Positions 18,225 to 29,451 of a DNA stretch of 64,000 nt are shown here, one piece after another. Within the stretch, counting starts at the first letter, position 1. Every line of letters begins with the position of its first letter. The translations under genes were made by a program, and so were the position numbers. Source of the stretch: Bdellovibrionales bacterium (lineage in GTDB: Bacteria > Bdellovibrionota > Bdellovibrionia > Bdellovibrionales > JAUICD01); the NCBI GenBank assembly GCA_965197425.1, contig CBDANC010000015.1:384001-448000 (forward strand). The letters are read 5' to 3'. The notes under the pieces were generated by a model. The model was not told the DNA's origin. It saw only the letters and a program-made list of their open reading frames with translations, and made no database searches.

Positions 18225-19577
18225 CTAATATATATTAAAGTATTTCATTGCTATGGTGGCTATACCAAGGAATGATAGAAATCCAAAACAATCGGTTATT
18301 GTAGTCACTAAAACACCACTTCCTGAAGCTGGATCCCATTTTTGTTTTTTTAAAAACAAAGGGATAATAGCACCCATTACAGATGCTACAAATGAGTTTA
18401 AAATCATCGATATGCAGATAATTACACTTACTAACAAATGGCTTTTCCACAAATAGACAATCACTCCGGCACAAATACCGGTTATCAGTCCTAATGAAAT
18501 GCCAACTTTTATTTCTTTTAAGATGGCTTTTGTATGGCTTATAAAATCAAAGTCACCTGTTGCCAGACCTCTGGTTACCACAGTAAGTGTTTGAATGCCC
18601 ATGTTTCCACCTGTGCCAGAGACTATGTTGTTAAGTGTGGCTAGTATGATTAGTTTGCTCATGGTTTCTTCAAAAAAAGAAATCACCAGGCTGATTAGCC
18701 CAGCGAAGATCAGGTTGAGCATCATCCATGGTAATCTATTTTTTATACTCTCTATTGGTCTGGTATATACCTTATCATCTTCTTGAAGCCCTGCTTGTTT
18801 ATATATATTTTTTGTAGCTCTATCTTCAATAATATCTATTATGTCATCTACAGCAATAACGCCCTTCAGTTGTCCCTCATTGTTTAAGACAGGTATGGCT
18901 AACAGATCACTTGTACCTACTAGCTCTGCAACCTCCAAAGTTTTGGTATCGGTAGATGCACTTATCACATCTGTTTTCATAATGTGTTTTATTAAAGTAT
19001 CTTCACTAGCTGTTACCAGGTTTCTTAAAGAAATAACTCCTTTAAATTTATTGTCATTTGAAACACAGAATACATAGTATATAGGTTTTTCTTTTACATA
19101 GCTTCTGACCTGAGAAATAGTTTCTTTTACCGTTATGTCTTCGTTAACTGAGAAAGCATTAAGCTGCATGTCTCTTCCTGCTGTTTTTTCTTCGTAGCTA
19201 AGTATTTGCCTGAGCCTGGTTCTTGTTGCTATTGGAAGTTCATTTAAAATTTTGTTCTGATCATCCTTGTTAAGTGAGCTTATAAAATGTGATGCATGTT
19301 CCTCTGAACTGACACTACAGATTTTTACAAATGTGTGTAAATCTTTGCTAAAAAAATCTCTTATAGTAGGTTCTGGTAATTCCCAAAAAACCTTACCCAC
19401 CTTACCTATTGAGATTAAACCTCTGGTCAGTGTGTCTATTTCTGATTTATTCAGAGCAAAATATAACTTACTAAGCTCCCTAGGCTCGGTTTTAGATAAT
19501 ATTCTCCTCAAAGGTTTCTGACCTTTGGAGTTTAAGAGCCTTTTAATAATAGACATATTGGTATTACTGTTATACAT
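18225..19577 (-). CDS. mgtE: Magnesium transporter MgtE
   Basis: CBS pair; RLPWM, GGNMGIQT and DPASGSGVLVTTITD. Confidence 0.93.
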   Translation of the reverse strand: MYNSNTNMSIIKRLLNSKGQKPLRRILSKTEPRELSKLYFALNKSEIDTLTRGLISIGKVGKVFWELPEPTIRDFFSKDLHTFVKICSVSSEEHASHFISSLNKDDQNKILNELPIATRTRLRQILSYEEKTAGRDMQLNAFSVNEDITVKETISQVRSYVKEKPIYYVFCVSNDNKFKGVISLRNLVTASEDTLIKHIMKTDVISASTDTKTLEVAELVGTSDLLAIPVLNNEGQLKGVIAVDDIIDIIEDRATKNIYKQAGLQEDDKVYTRPIESIKNRLPWMMLNLIFAGLISLVISFFEETMSKLIILATLNNIVSGTGGNMGIQTLTVVTRGLATGDFDFISHTKAILKEIKVGISLGLITGICAGVIVYLWKSHLLVSVIICISMILNSFVASVMGAIIPLFLKKQKWDPASGSGVLVTTITDCFGFLSFLGIATIAMKYFNIY

Positions 19578-19685
19578 AGCCCCTTTACTAGCATGCCAGA
19601 TTGTGTTTTACAAACTGAGGCAATTCGAGGGATAGGTAATTCTTCACTAATCTAAAATCTGGCCTATCAAATTTAAGAGGGTTTT

Positions 19686-20165
19686 ATGGCAAATGATCAA
19701 CTTCCTATAACAGAACGTGGTAAAAGGAAGCTAGAAGCCGAGCTGAAAACGTTGATACAAGTTGAAAGATCTAAGGTTGTCAAAGCAATTGAAGAGGCAA
19801 GAGAGCAAGGTGATCTAAGTGAAAATGTAGACTACGATGCTGCAAAAGAAAGACAGGGGTGGATAGAGGCTAGAATTTCAGAAATACAGGGCAGACTAGC
19901 AGGGGCAGAAGTTATAGATCCATCAAAACTTAAATCAGATAAAATTATATTTGGTGCCAAAGTAACCCTGTTAGACTGCGAAGAAGACAAAAAAGTCGTG
20001 TACCAAATCACAGGACCAGAAGAATCTGATGTAAAAGAGGGCAGGATTTCGATACTATCCCCACTGGCTAGGGTACTAATAGGAAAAAAAATTTCAGCTG
20101 TCGTGGAACTATCTACCGCCAATTTTACCAAAGAATATGAAGTATTAGACATAAAATTTGAGTAA
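19686..20165 (+). CDS. greA: Transcription elongation factor GreA
   Basis: AREQGDLSEN and ISILSPLARVLIGK. Confidence 0.95.
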   Translation: MANDQLPITERGKRKLEAELKTLIQVERSKVVKAIEEAREQGDLSENVDYDAAKERQGWIEARISEIQGRLAGAEVIDPSKLKSDKIIFGAKVTLLDCEEDKKVVYQITGPEESDVKEGRISILSPLARVLIGKKISAVVELSTANFTKEYEVLDIKFE

Positions 20166-20404
20166 AAACTACCAAATTTATAGTGTAAAAAATTCAATTT
20201 TTATAGCTATTTACTTAGGTTTTGGTATCTGTCGTCCTTAGTTGGTGCCATTTCTATGGCGGTTAGTGTAGTGTCTTTATCAGGTAAGATATGTTATTAT
20301 GGTCTTTCCAGATATAGAGCTGTACAGAGTTTAGGCCAGGTAGCCAACATAGGTGGCTGGTGTGTGTAACCAGACTTCATAGCCTGCTATCTTGGGAGGT
20401 GAGT

Positions 20405-20749
20405 GTGAGGAAGGCAATTAAGTTCATTGGTTTTGAACCGGATAGTGAGCTTGCGGATTACGCTCTTTGTGTTGTAAAGGACTTGAAGATGATGTCTCCT
20501 TCTAGGTCTTTTGTGATGCTCAATTTGAGAATGGTGTCTTGTGGTACCTATGAAGGTTCTGTTGATATAAAATCATTCCAGAAGCATTTTTTTGGTAGTC
20601 TTTCTGCCGGAAGTCCCAATGAGGTCTTGGAGTTGCTTTTCAACAAGTTGAAAAAGCAGATAGATGAATGGAAGGAGATTAGGTTCGATTCTGAGGAACC
20701 TCCCAGCGTAAAAGAACTAGACAGCAGTTTGTACGGCAGTAACTTCTAG
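20405..20749 (+). CDS. Hypothetical protein, possibly HPF/RaiA-like fold
   Basis: GGGAGG SD then GTG; pattern loosely resembles S30AE (IKFIGFEPD...KLKKQIDEWK). Confidence 0.45.
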   Translation: MRKAIKFIGFEPDSELADYALCVVKDLKMMSPSRSFVMLNLRMVSCGTYEGSVDIKSFQKHFFGSLSAGSPNEVLELLFNKLKKQIDEWKEIRFDSEEPPSVKELDSSLYGSNF

Positions 20750-20798
20750 TTTAGTTACATCTTCTATTTCATATCATAGTTTTAAGAAAGTATTGTAC

Positions 20799-22436
20799 TC
20801 ATGTGTCTGTGTAGCCAGGGCCGCCACCTCCCTCAGGCGGGACCCAAGAAATATTATTGTGCGGGCATTTTATATCACATGCTTTGCAGTGAATACAGTT
20901 AGTATAATTCACCTGAAGGTTATGCTTGCCTGATTCTTCTACCATCTCATATACATTGGCTGGGCAAAAGAAATGGCAGGGTGAATTAAATGTTTCATAA
21001 CAGCTATCACTACATATCTTAGTATTGTGTACCTTCAAGTGATTTGGTGAATTTTCATCGTGTTTTGTTTTGGTTAAATAGACACTTGAAAGTTTATCTA
21101 AAAATAACTTGCCATCAGGTTTAGGAAGAGAGTTTATTTCTTTTTCTTTTTTGTTACCCCAAACATCTAGAACAGGCAATGTGGTTTTGTAGTCTTTTTT
21201 GACATTTTTTCCACTTTTTAGTTTTTGAAAAAGTAATGATGGTATAGATGAAATAATATTGGGGGTTAGTGAGTGGTGAAAATTTCTAACTTCAAATAGT
21301 TCATCTCTTATGTAGCTGTTATTTACTTTATCTTGGTATTTTTCAAGTTGTTTAGAAAAGTCATTTTTTTTAAGACATTCTACTATTGTTTCAGAGGCTA
21401 GTATTCCTGCTTTCATACCCAGGTGAATTCCTTTTAGTTTCTTGTCATCCACCATTCCTGCAGAATCACCTATAACCAGCATGCCATCTGCAAAAAGCCT
21501 TGGCATGGAGTTATATCCTCCAGAGGGTATGCACCTTGCTGCATACGATACTACCTCTCCACCTTTGATCATCTTGTATATGAAAGGATGAGCCTTTAAT
21601 TGTTGAAGATATCTGTGTGGATCAAATAAAGGGTCTGTTGTGTTTAAGTACCCAACCAAGCCTACTACTAAATCCTGTTTGGATATTGCGTATAGAAAAG
21701 TTCCTCCCACGGATTTTTTTAGTGGATAGCCTAGAGTATGGATTATGGTTCCTGGAATAAATCGGTCTTCGTTTACATGGATGATTTCTTTAACTCCTTC
21801 GGAGTAGGTATCAGGAGATTTTCCTTTTCTTAAATCAAGTTTTTGGCAAACTTCTTGAAAAAGCGAACCTCTAGGTCCTTCTGCAAAAACTGTAACTTTT
21901 GCTTTAAGTTCAATCCCAGGTTCAAAGTTAGATTTTGGTTTGGAGTGTTTATCTAAACCCATGTCACAGGTTTTCACACCCACAACTTTGTCACCATCAT
22001 AGAGAGTTTCTATTGCTGAAAAACCAGTAAAAATATCCACACCTTTTTGAATGGCAATTTCAGAAAGCCACTTGTTAAACTTGGAAACTGATATTACATA
22101 GTTACCTTTATTTTTTAACGATGGTGGAACTGGTATTCTCAGGCTTTTGGACTCAGATAAAAAATAGAATCTTTCTTTTGATACGCCTATGTCCAATGGT
22201 GAGTTTAGATCTTTATGATTTGGAATTAATTCATTCAGAGCAATTGGATTTAACACAGCTCCGGATACGCTGTGTCCTCCAATAGCTTCTGCCTTTTCTA
22301 AAATAGCGACAGTTGGGTTTAAATTTTCCTTGGAAGCCACATTTTTTAAATGAATTGCCAAAGACAGTGCTGCTGAACCACCACCTACTATAAGTACATC
22401 AACACTGATAGGTTCTTGCTTTGTCACAATATTCAC
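20799..22436 (-). CDS. Electron-transfer flavoprotein:quinone oxidoreductase (FixC/FixX-like)
   Basis: DVLIVGGG FAD motif, SGAV, KGIH, and C-terminal 4Fe-4S CPANVY...NCIHCKACDIKCP. Confidence 0.93.
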   Translation of the reverse strand: MNIVTKQEPISVDVLIVGGGSAALSLAIHLKNVASKENLNPTVAILEKAEAIGGHSVSGAVLNPIALNELIPNHKDLNSPLDIGVSKERFYFLSESKSLRIPVPPSLKNKGNYVISVSKFNKWLSEIAIQKGVDIFTGFSAIETLYDGDKVVGVKTCDMGLDKHSKPKSNFEPGIELKAKVTVFAEGPRGSLFQEVCQKLDLRKGKSPDTYSEGVKEIIHVNEDRFIPGTIIHTLGYPLKKSVGGTFLYAISKQDLVVGLVGYLNTTDPLFDPHRYLQQLKAHPFIYKMIKGGEVVSYAARCIPSGGYNSMPRLFADGMLVIGDSAGMVDDKKLKGIHLGMKAGILASETIVECLKKNDFSKQLEKYQDKVNNSYIRDELFEVRNFHHSLTPNIISSIPSLLFQKLKSGKNVKKDYKTTLPVLDVWGNKKEKEINSLPKPDGKLFLDKLSSVYLTKTKHDENSPNHLKVHNTKICSDSCYETFNSPCHFFCPANVYEMVEESGKHNLQVNYTNCIHCKACDIKCPHNNISWVPPEGGGGPGYTDT

Positions 22437-22448
22437 CTTTAGTTACTT

Positions 22449-22639
22449 GATTGGCATCAGTGTACAGAGCTGGGCAACCACGAGTCAAAAAAAAGTAAGC
22501 ATAGCTTCCTTATTTTTTATCTCGTTCGGAAGACCTTTAGTGGAAACAGGCACTCGTCCAAAAAATGTTCTGTCTTCACTTGTACTTCGTATGCTCGTTA
22601 CGCCAGTCCATTTATTTGGCCTCACGAGGCTCACCTTTA
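22449..22639 (+). repeat. Family-B dispersed repeat (2 units)
   Basis: GGCATCAGTGTACAGAGCTGGGCAACCAC...GGAAGACCTTTA, then a second unit ending CACCTTTA on the rpsR stop. Confidence 0.85.
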
Positions 22640-22906
22640 TATTTCAAATGGTTTCGGGGAGATTAGTTTGGGTTTATTGAACTTAGAATAAGCAGCTATT
22701 CCTGACGGTAGAAGACCTAAATTCCTTGCTCTTTTAACTTCTAAAGACAACTTTTTTTGTTGCCTATAGCTAAGCTTACTTAACCTTGAGGGAATTATCT
22801 TAGCCCCTTCTGCTACAAACCTACGGAGGTCTATTGGATTTTTGTAGTCAAATACAAACCCTATAGGGTAATCCGATCTAAACTGTGTTTTGTTTTCATG
22901 CTTCAC
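22637..22906 (-). CDS. rpsR: 30S ribosomal protein S18
   Basis: DYKN, KIIPSR and VKRARNLGLLP. Confidence 0.93.
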   Translation of the reverse strand: MKHENKTQFRSDYPIGFVFDYKNPIDLRRFVAEGAKIIPSRLSKLSYRQQKKLSLEVKRARNLGLLPSGIAAYSKFNKPKLISPKPFEI

Positions 22907-23014
22907 AAAAACCTCTCAAAGGGTCTATAGCACATGTGTAAGGTGCAGGTCAAATGTATTGACTTATATTGTGTTCCTTGGTAGCTTCCCCGCTTGTTCC
23001 TTTGGAGATTTAAT

Positions 23015-23302
23015 ATGCCGGTATGCGAGCTTAGTAAAAAAAAGCCTGTGGTTTGTAATTTGGTAAGTCATTCTAATATTAAGACCAAATCTAGAAGCAA
23101 ACCTAATATTCAAAGAAAGAAGCTGTACAGTCAGGCTTTGGGGAGCTTTTATACACTCAATATAGCGACCAGTACCCTAAGGGATGTGGAGCATAAAGGT
23201 GGTTTGGATTCTTATATCTTAAAAAAACCAACCTCCTTTTTATCGAAAAGAGCACTTTTGATACAGAAGCGTATTAAAAAGAAATTAAACCACAAAGCGT
23301 AA
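23015..23302 (+). CDS. rpmB: 50S ribosomal protein L28
   Basis: NLVSHSNIKTK..KPNIQ and GGLDSYIL. Confidence 0.93.
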   Translation: MPVCELSKKKPVVCNLVSHSNIKTKSRSKPNIQRKKLYSQALGSFYTLNIATSTLRDVEHKGGLDSYILKKPTSFLSKRALLIQKRIKKKLNHKA

Positions 23303-23330
23303 CACAAGCATTAAACAGGACATAAATTTG

Positions 23331-23597
23331 ATGGCAGGAAAGTTTAAAATTACAAAAGGCGACGAGGTTAAGGTTATTTCTGGATCAGAAAAAGGGAAGA
23401 GAGGCACCGTTTTAGAAATAAATCAGATCCTCATGAGAGTGAAGGTACAAGGCGTAAAACTAGTAAAAAAACATGACAAAAAAGACGGAATACAAACCAA
23501 AGAAGCTTTTATAGATTACTCTAATGTAAAAAAAATATCCGATAAAAAACCAGTCAAAAAAACAGATAAGCAACCAGCTAAAAAAGCAAAAAAATAA
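23331..23597 (+). CDS. rplX: 50S ribosomal protein L24
   Basis: KOW motif IxKGDEVKVISGSEKGKRG; GIQTKEAFIDYSNV. Confidence 0.88.
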   Translation: MAGKFKITKGDEVKVISGSEKGKRGTVLEINQILMRVKVQGVKLVKKHDKKDGIQTKEAFIDYSNVKKISDKKPVKKTDKQPAKKAKK

Positions 23598-23652
23598 AAA
23601 GCATTTTAAATGAGGTAACTAAGATCAATGTTTGGTTTTAAGTTACCGTGTC

Positions 23653-23717
23653 AAACCGACCGTAAGGGAGGTTCTTTCAATTGGAAAACATAAAGGTTTA
23701 TCCCGTAAGCCAATTGG
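23653..23717 (+). repeat. Family-C ~65-bp structured repeat, copy 1
   Basis: Matches the reverse complement of 63313-63375; CAATTGG...CCAATTG stem. Confidence 0.8.
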
Positions 23718-23746
23718 ATAAAACGTAACTAATCAGTCAATTAATG

Positions 23747-25573
23747 TTAGGATTTTATGATAGCTAAAAAAGCTTGTTGGGGAACTTCGACATTACCTAT
23801 GTTTTTCATTCGCTTCTTGCCCTTTTTCTGCTTTTCTAAAAGCTTTCTCTTTCTGGTAATGTCTCCACCATAGCATTTTGCAGTAACATCTTTTCTTAAT
23901 GCGCTTATTGTTTCTCTAGCTATAATCTTGGATCCAATGGCTGCTTGAATAGCTATTTGAAATTGTTGTTTGGGTAGTAGTTCCTTTATTTTTTTAGTAA
24001 GTGCTCTTCCTCTGTAATATGCGTTGTCTTTGTGAATTATAACAGACAGTGCATCCACTTTTTCACCAGCAAGTAAAATATCAACCCTAACCAACTTTGC
24101 TTCTTCAAAACCCATAATTTCATAGTCCATTGAAGCATAACCTTTAGAAATAGATTTAATTTTGTCATAAAAATCTAAAACCATCTCACTCATGGGCAAC
24201 TTGTACTCCAACATTGCTTTAGAATCACTTATGAACTCTAGCTTTTGTTGAGTCCCTCTTCTGTCTTGACAGAGGGCAAGTATTCCTCCTAAGTAATCAG
24301 ATGGTGTGTGTATAGTTATTCTCAAAATAGGTTCTTCAATTTTAGCAATAGTACTAGTATCAGGAAGTTCAGATGGATTGTCCAAGACTACCAATTCACC
24401 ACTTGTTTTGTGAACATGGTATACAACGCTTGGGGCTGTTGTTATAAGATCTAGATTAAATTCTCGCTCAAGCCTTTCTTGTACAATATCCATGTGTAGT
24501 AAACCTAAAAACCCACACCTAAAACCAAGCCCCAAGGCCCCAGAATTTTCCGGTTCAAAACTTAAACTAGAATCATTTAAACAAAGCTTACTTAGACTAT
24601 CTTTTAATTTGGCGTAATCATTTGGATCAATAGGAAAAATTCCAGAGAAAACCAACGGTTTTACTACTTTAAAACCAGATAATGGTGTTGTACATGGTTG
24701 TTTAGCTAAGGTGATAGTTTCACCAACTTTTACATCTCTAATATTTTTTATTCCACAGATCACAAATCCAACCTCTCCAGCATTTAGAGTTTTTTGCTCT
24801 AATGGAAAAGGTGCATTTATACCCAACTTTAATACTTCATAGTCCACGCCAGACGCAGTAAACCTGACCTTATCTCCTACAGAAATCGAACCATCAAAAA
24901 TACGGCACAACACAACTACACCCTGATAGGAATCAAACCAGGAATCAAACACTAAAGCTCTTAAGGATTGTGTGGAATCCTCCTTTGGAGGAGGAATATC
25001 ATTGATTATTGACTCTAGTACGTCATCAATCCCTATATTATCTTTTGCACTAGTGTAGATAGCTTTTGTTGTGTCAATTCCAAGTGTATTCTGAATTTGT
25101 TCCGCTACAGCTTTTGGATTAGCAGAAGGTAGATCTATTTTGTTGATGATAGGAATCAAGTCTAAATTATTTTCGATTGCCAAGTACACATTAGCTAGTG
25201 TTTGAGCTTCTATTCCCTGCGCAGCATCTACTATAAGTAATGCTCCTTCACATGCTGCTAGTGATCGGGATACTTCATAAGAGAAGTCGACATGACCTGG
25301 TGTATCTATTAAATTTAGTTGATAAATTTTTTTGTTTTTGGCCTCATATTGTAATCTTACACTCTGGGCTTTTATGGTTATTCCCCGCTCCCTTTCCAAG
25401 TCCATGTTATCTAAAAACTGGTGCTTCTTTTCTCTATCAGACAGCGAACCTGTTTTTGACAAAAGAGAGTCTGCCAATGTGGATTTGCCATGATCTATGT
25501 GTGCTATTATGGAAAAATTGCGTATATAATCTATAGGTTTTTTAGCTCGTTTACCTTGTTCAATTTTTCCCAT
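23747..25573 (-). CDS. lepA: Elongation factor 4
   Basis: [19 protein letters not shown] and [18 protein letters not shown]. Confidence 0.97.
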   Translation of the reverse strand: MGKIEQGKRAKKPIDYIRNFSIIAHIDHGKSTLADSLLSKTGSLSDREKKHQFLDNMDLERERGITIKAQSVRLQYEAKNKKIYQLNLIDTPGHVDFSYEVSRSLAACEGALLIVDAAQGIEAQTLANVYLAIENNLDLIPIINKIDLPSANPKAVAEQIQNTLGIDTTKAIYTSAKDNIGIDDVLESIINDIPPPKEDSTQSLRALVFDSWFDSYQGVVVLCRIFDGSISVGDKVRFTASGVDYEVLKLGINAPFPLEQKTLNAGEVGFVICGIKNIRDVKVGETITLAKQPCTTPLSGFKVVKPLVFSGIFPIDPNDYAKLKDSLSKLCLNDSSLSFEPENSGALGLGFRCGFLGLLHMDIVQERLEREFNLDLITTAPSVVYHVHKTSGELVVLDNPSELPDTSTIAKIEEPILRITIHTPSDYLGGILALCQDRRGTQQKLEFISDSKAMLEYKLPMSEMVLDFYDKIKSISKGYASMDYEIMGFEEAKLVRVDILLAGEKVDALSVIIHKDNAYYRGRALTKKIKELLPKQQFQIAIQAAIGSKIIARETISALRKDVTAKCYGGDITRKRKLLEKQKKGKKRMKNIGNVEVPQQAFLAIIKS

Positions 25574-26676
25574 GTAAACTCTTCCTCATTTCTGCCAAAA
25601 TGCCCATAAGACGCAGTTTTTAGATATATTGGCTTTAACAGTTCAAAGTCATTTATAATTGATTTCGGACTGAAGTTCCAAATTTCTCTAACAGCCTTTT
25701 CAATTTTTGAGACTTCCACTTTTGCAGTGTTATAGTCATTTATCATCAAACTTACTGGGTTTGATTTTCCTATGACATAGGATAACTGTACTAGGCACTT
25801 ATCAGCAAGCTTAGCCCCAACAATATTTTTTGCTATATGACGAGCGAGGTAGGCAGCTGACCTATCAACCTTAGATGGATCTTTGCCACTAAATGCTCCA
25901 CCGCCATGTGCTCCATGACCACCATATGTATCTACCACTATTTTTCTTCCAGTTAAACCGCAGTCTGCCTGAGGGCCTCCTATGGTAAACTTCCCTGTAG
26001 GATTAAATAAAAAATTAACATTACTATCGATCAAGTGTTCTGGTATAACCTGAAGCACAACCTCATTGTAAACCTCTTCTTTTAGTTTTTTAATCGACAC
26101 ACCTTCTTCATGATGCGCACTGATCACTATTGTATCAATTCTCCTAGGCTGGCCATCAATATAGTCAACAGTGACTTGCCCTTTACTGTCCGGAAACAGG
26201 CCTTTTATAATTCCCTTTTTTCTTACCTCAGAAATTCGTTTCATTAACATGTTTGAGTAGTAGATTGAAATGGGCATTAGGTTTGGTGTTTCGTTTACCG
26301 CGTATCCAAACATGATACCTTGATCCCCAGCTCCTTGTTCTTTTTTATCTGATGAATCAACACCCATCGCAATGTCTGCACTTTGTTTTTCGAAGGACAA
26401 AATTATAGGTGCTCTGTTAGAGTCAAAACCAGCAAGTTCATTGTCATAACCAATATCCTTTATTACTTTTCTTACAATGTTAGGATAGTTAATGTCTGCT
26501 GTTGTGGAAATTTCTCCTGCTAAAACTACTAGCTTGGAAGAGATAAGTGTTTCACACGCAACTCTACTGTTTGGATCTTTTTCTAACAAAGCATCCAGTA
26601 TGGCATCACTTATTTGATCTGCTACTTTATCAGGGTGACCCCCAGATACCGATTCACTAGTAAACTTATAGTTCAT
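25531..26676 (-). CDS. metK: S-adenosylmethionine synthetase
   Basis: [19 protein letters not shown] and [16 protein letters not shown]. Confidence 0.97.
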   Translation of the reverse strand: MNYKFTSESVSGGHPDKVADQISDAILDALLEKDPNSRVACETLISSKLVVLAGEISTTADINYPNIVRKVIKDIGYDNELAGFDSNRAPIILSFEKQSADIAMGVDSSDKKEQGAGDQGIMFGYAVNETPNLMPISIYYSNMLMKRISEVRKKGIIKGLFPDSKGQVTVDYIDGQPRRIDTIVISAHHEEGVSIKKLKEEVYNEVVLQVIPEHLIDSNVNFLFNPTGKFTIGGPQADCGLTGRKIVVDTYGGHGAHGGGAFSGKDPSKVDRSAAYLARHIAKNIVGAKLADKCLVQLSYVIGKSNPVSLMINDYNTAKVEVSKIEKAVREIWNFSPKSIINDFELLKPIYLKTASYGHFGRNEEEFTWEKLNKVNELKNL

Positions 26677-26709
26677 GGGTACAGAGGCTTATCACATATG
26701 ATGTGATAA

Positions 26710-27054
26710 TCAAGATGCTTTTTTTGTTCTGTATCTAGAAACTTTCTTGCTCTTTATCTTAGAAAGTTGCCCCAGAGCTTTTTCAATAGCACCATCTACT
26801 GTTTTGTATAGGTTAGAGTTTTGGTTTCTAGAAGCCAGATTTATACCAGGACCTCTTACCACAACCGTAGCTTTATACTGGTGACGCTGTACGCCTAAAG
26901 ATAACAATGCACGCACACGAAGGCTTTGCATCTTATTAATTCTATCAAGCTGACCCAAGATATAACTCTCAATGTTTGATCTATTTAAAACTATGCTTGG
27001 TTGGATATTAATATCACTCACATTATCCACAAGATTGGAAGTTTGATAACTCAT
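26710..27054 (-). CDS. HPF/RaiA-like ribosome hibernation factor
   Basis: NLYKTVDGAIEKALGQLSKIKSK resembles the HPF C-terminal helix. Confidence 0.6.
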   Translation of the reverse strand: MSYQTSNLVDNVSDINIQPSIVLNRSNIESYILGQLDRINKMQSLRVRALLSLGVQRHQYKATVVVRGPGINLASRNQNSNLYKTVDGAIEKALGQLSKIKSKKVSRYRTKKAS

Positions 27055-27146
27055 AGAACCCCCTTTTTTGCCCGTTTGGCAGGCAAGACACAGCTCCCAT
27101 TCTAACTCAAAAAAATATAATTTACATGATGAATATGATGATAATT

Positions 27147-28940
27147 TTAAGCTAGGAGGTTATATGTGATTAACATGAGGACATAAGCTAGTACCGTGTA
27201 TGCTATAAACAATAGTATTGGTATTTTGTAGCTTCCTAACTCTTTTCTAATTATGGCCAGGGTTGATACACATTGCAGAGCTATGGCATAGAACACTAAT
27301 AGGCTTAGTCCAGATGCCAGGCTTAAATCTGCTAGATGCTCCGATAGCCCTACCAAGTTATTGTTTATATTTTCTAGGCCGTAGAGTGTTGCCAGTGTTC
27401 CTACAAACACTTCTCTTGCCAAAAAAGATGATATTATTGCTACTCCAAATTTCCAGTCTAAACCTACTGGTGCAAATATTGGGCTAATTAGATGACTAAT
27501 TTTTGCAAGCCACGATGAAGATAAGCTTCCAGCTCCGTTTGGAAAATATCCTAGTAACCACACCACAACAGTAACTGAAAATATTATAAATCCAGCTTTG
27601 AGCACAAATAGCCAAGATTGTTGTAGGCCGGTTAATGTTATTGATTTTAGGTTTGGCATTCTGTAGGGAGGAAGCTCAATAATAAATGGCATATCTGAGT
27701 ATTTTTTTGCAAATGTGTTAGCTAAAAAATACGATATTAACAACGCTGCCACAATTCCTAGAGAATATAACCCGGTAAAGAAGGTACCCTGAAGCCCCAC
27801 AACTCCAAAGAAACTTATATTTGGTATTAACACTGAAATTAGCAGTGCATATACTGGCAGCCTTGCAGAACATGCCATTAACGGAATCGTAAGCATCGTA
27901 AGCAACCTTCTTCTTGGAGAAGCTATTGTTCTAGCTGCAAAGATTGCAGGTATAGCACATGCATGTGCCGATAGAAATGGTATAAAACTTCTGCCAGATA
28001 ACCCAAAAAAACTAAACACTCTATGGCAGAATATACTAGCACGAGCTAAGTACCCCGAATCTTCTAAAAATGATATTATAAAAGTTAGTATAAATATTTG
28101 CGGCACAAATACCAAAAATGATCCACAACCACCAAACAATGCATCTTTAACAAAGTCTTTTAATATTTGGTTTGAAATAAGGTTGGCCGTAGCTGTTCCA
28201 GTTTGTGAAATTAGGGTTTCAATTGCATTCATCAGAGGTGCTGACCAAGTAAAGATAGCTTGAAACAAAATTAACATTGAAGATACAAAGATTACTGTAC
28301 CCCAAAGTCCCGATAGAAAAATTTTATCTAGCTTATTACCTCTTTTTATTAGAAGTCCTGGATTAGACAAAAATGTTCTAGCTACTTTTCTGCTTAAGTT
28401 ATAAATATCATCTTTTGATTCTGGTACTTGTTCTTGTAGTATACCTACGGACTCATCTTTTATTGCTTGTTTTAATTTGTCTAAATTTTCTCCGGTCTTT
28501 GCAGAAATGGGTACTGTATGTGTTTTTAGATCCTTTTCTAATTCTTCAATGGTAATTTTGACATCATTTTTTTTGATTTCATCTATCATGTTAAGGGCAA
28601 AAATAAATCTTTTATTATGTTTTCTGGCTATCTCTTTTGCCTGTAACCCCACCACTAAACTTCTCTCCAACCTGGTGGCATCTAGTACACACACCACAAC
28701 AGACTTTTGGGTTTTTACTCCGTCTATAAATTTGTTTATGGCTACTTCTTCATCACTAGTTATAGGGTCTAAGGAATAGACACCTGGGTAATCTATATAC
28801 GTAATGTTGTTCGAACATCCTGATTTTACTTCTACCGTAACCCCTGGAAAGTTGGATACTTTTTGATTTGCCCCAGCTAGTTTATTAAAAAGAAGGCTTT
28901 TTCCCGTATTAGGTTTTCCAATAAAAAGAGCAGTTGTCAC
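27147..28940 (-). CDS. feoB: Ferrous iron transporter FeoB
   Basis: GKPNTGKS, NFPGVTVE, DYPGVYSL, LEDSGYLAR and CSARLPVY. Confidence 0.95.
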   Translation of the reverse strand: MTTALFIGKPNTGKSLLFNKLAGANQKVSNFPGVTVEVKSGCSNNITYIDYPGVYSLDPITSDEEVAINKFIDGVKTQKSVVVCVLDATRLERSLVVGLQAKEIARKHNKRFIFALNMIDEIKKNDVKITIEELEKDLKTHTVPISAKTGENLDKLKQAIKDESVGILQEQVPESKDDIYNLSRKVARTFLSNPGLLIKRGNKLDKIFLSGLWGTVIFVSSMLILFQAIFTWSAPLMNAIETLISQTGTATANLISNQILKDFVKDALFGGCGSFLVFVPQIFILTFIISFLEDSGYLARASIFCHRVFSFFGLSGRSFIPFLSAHACAIPAIFAARTIASPRRRLLTMLTIPLMACSARLPVYALLISVLIPNISFFGVVGLQGTFFTGLYSLGIVAALLISYFLANTFAKKYSDMPFIIELPPYRMPNLKSITLTGLQQSWLFVLKAGFIIFSVTVVVWLLGYFPNGAGSLSSSWLAKISHLISPIFAPVGLDWKFGVAIISSFLAREVFVGTLATLYGLENINNNLVGLSEHLADLSLASGLSLLVFYAIALQCVSTLAIIRKELGSYKIPILLFIAYTVLAYVLMLITYNLLA

Positions 28941-29013
28941 AGCTTATCCAAAAATATTTTTGTTGTAATAGAAAACTTAGATGCTTAACAGTGGATATAG
29001 TCGTTTTTGTTTA

Positions 29014-29268
29014 TTACCTCTGAATAAGTACTTTTTGAGCAAGGTCTTTTGGTAGAGAAATTTGAAAACCTCCAACATTAAACACTTTAGACTTCCCAAA
29101 AGGTATAGTATGTTCACAAATTATCTCTGATTGTAAATCAAGGCCCATGCCCCTAAGCCTATCAACATGGCCATCTGCAAGACCAGAAAAACCATCAACA
29201 TATCCAGTTTCTTTTTTCTTTAAATCCCAAAGGGATGTTTTTTTATCAACTGAAACTTCCGACATCAT
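29014..29268 (-). CDS. feoA: FeoA-family protein
   Basis: RLRGMGL motif, size, and position upstream of feoB. Confidence 0.8.
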   Translation of the reverse strand: MMSEVSVDKKTSLWDLKKKETGYVDGFSGLADGHVDRLRGMGLDLQSEIICEHTIPFGKSKVFNVGGFQISLPKDLAQKVLIQR

Positions 29269-29451
29269 CGTACCTTAAACATCATCACATCTCATCATTA
29301 CACTTCCAAACAGTATCGTTGTTAAGCCAGTATCGTATCTAACATCAGCTATATGATCATCAAATATTCGATAATTACTACCAGCAAAACCAGAAGAGAC
29401 TAGAGTAAAATTACTTGAAATACAATTTTATTCTGGCTAAAACTTTATGCT

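Noticed and set aside
25531..25573. Missing lepA start codon / 43-bp overlap with metK
   Set aside because: The ATG at 25573 has a plausible GAGGA SD, so an ordinary overlap explains it.
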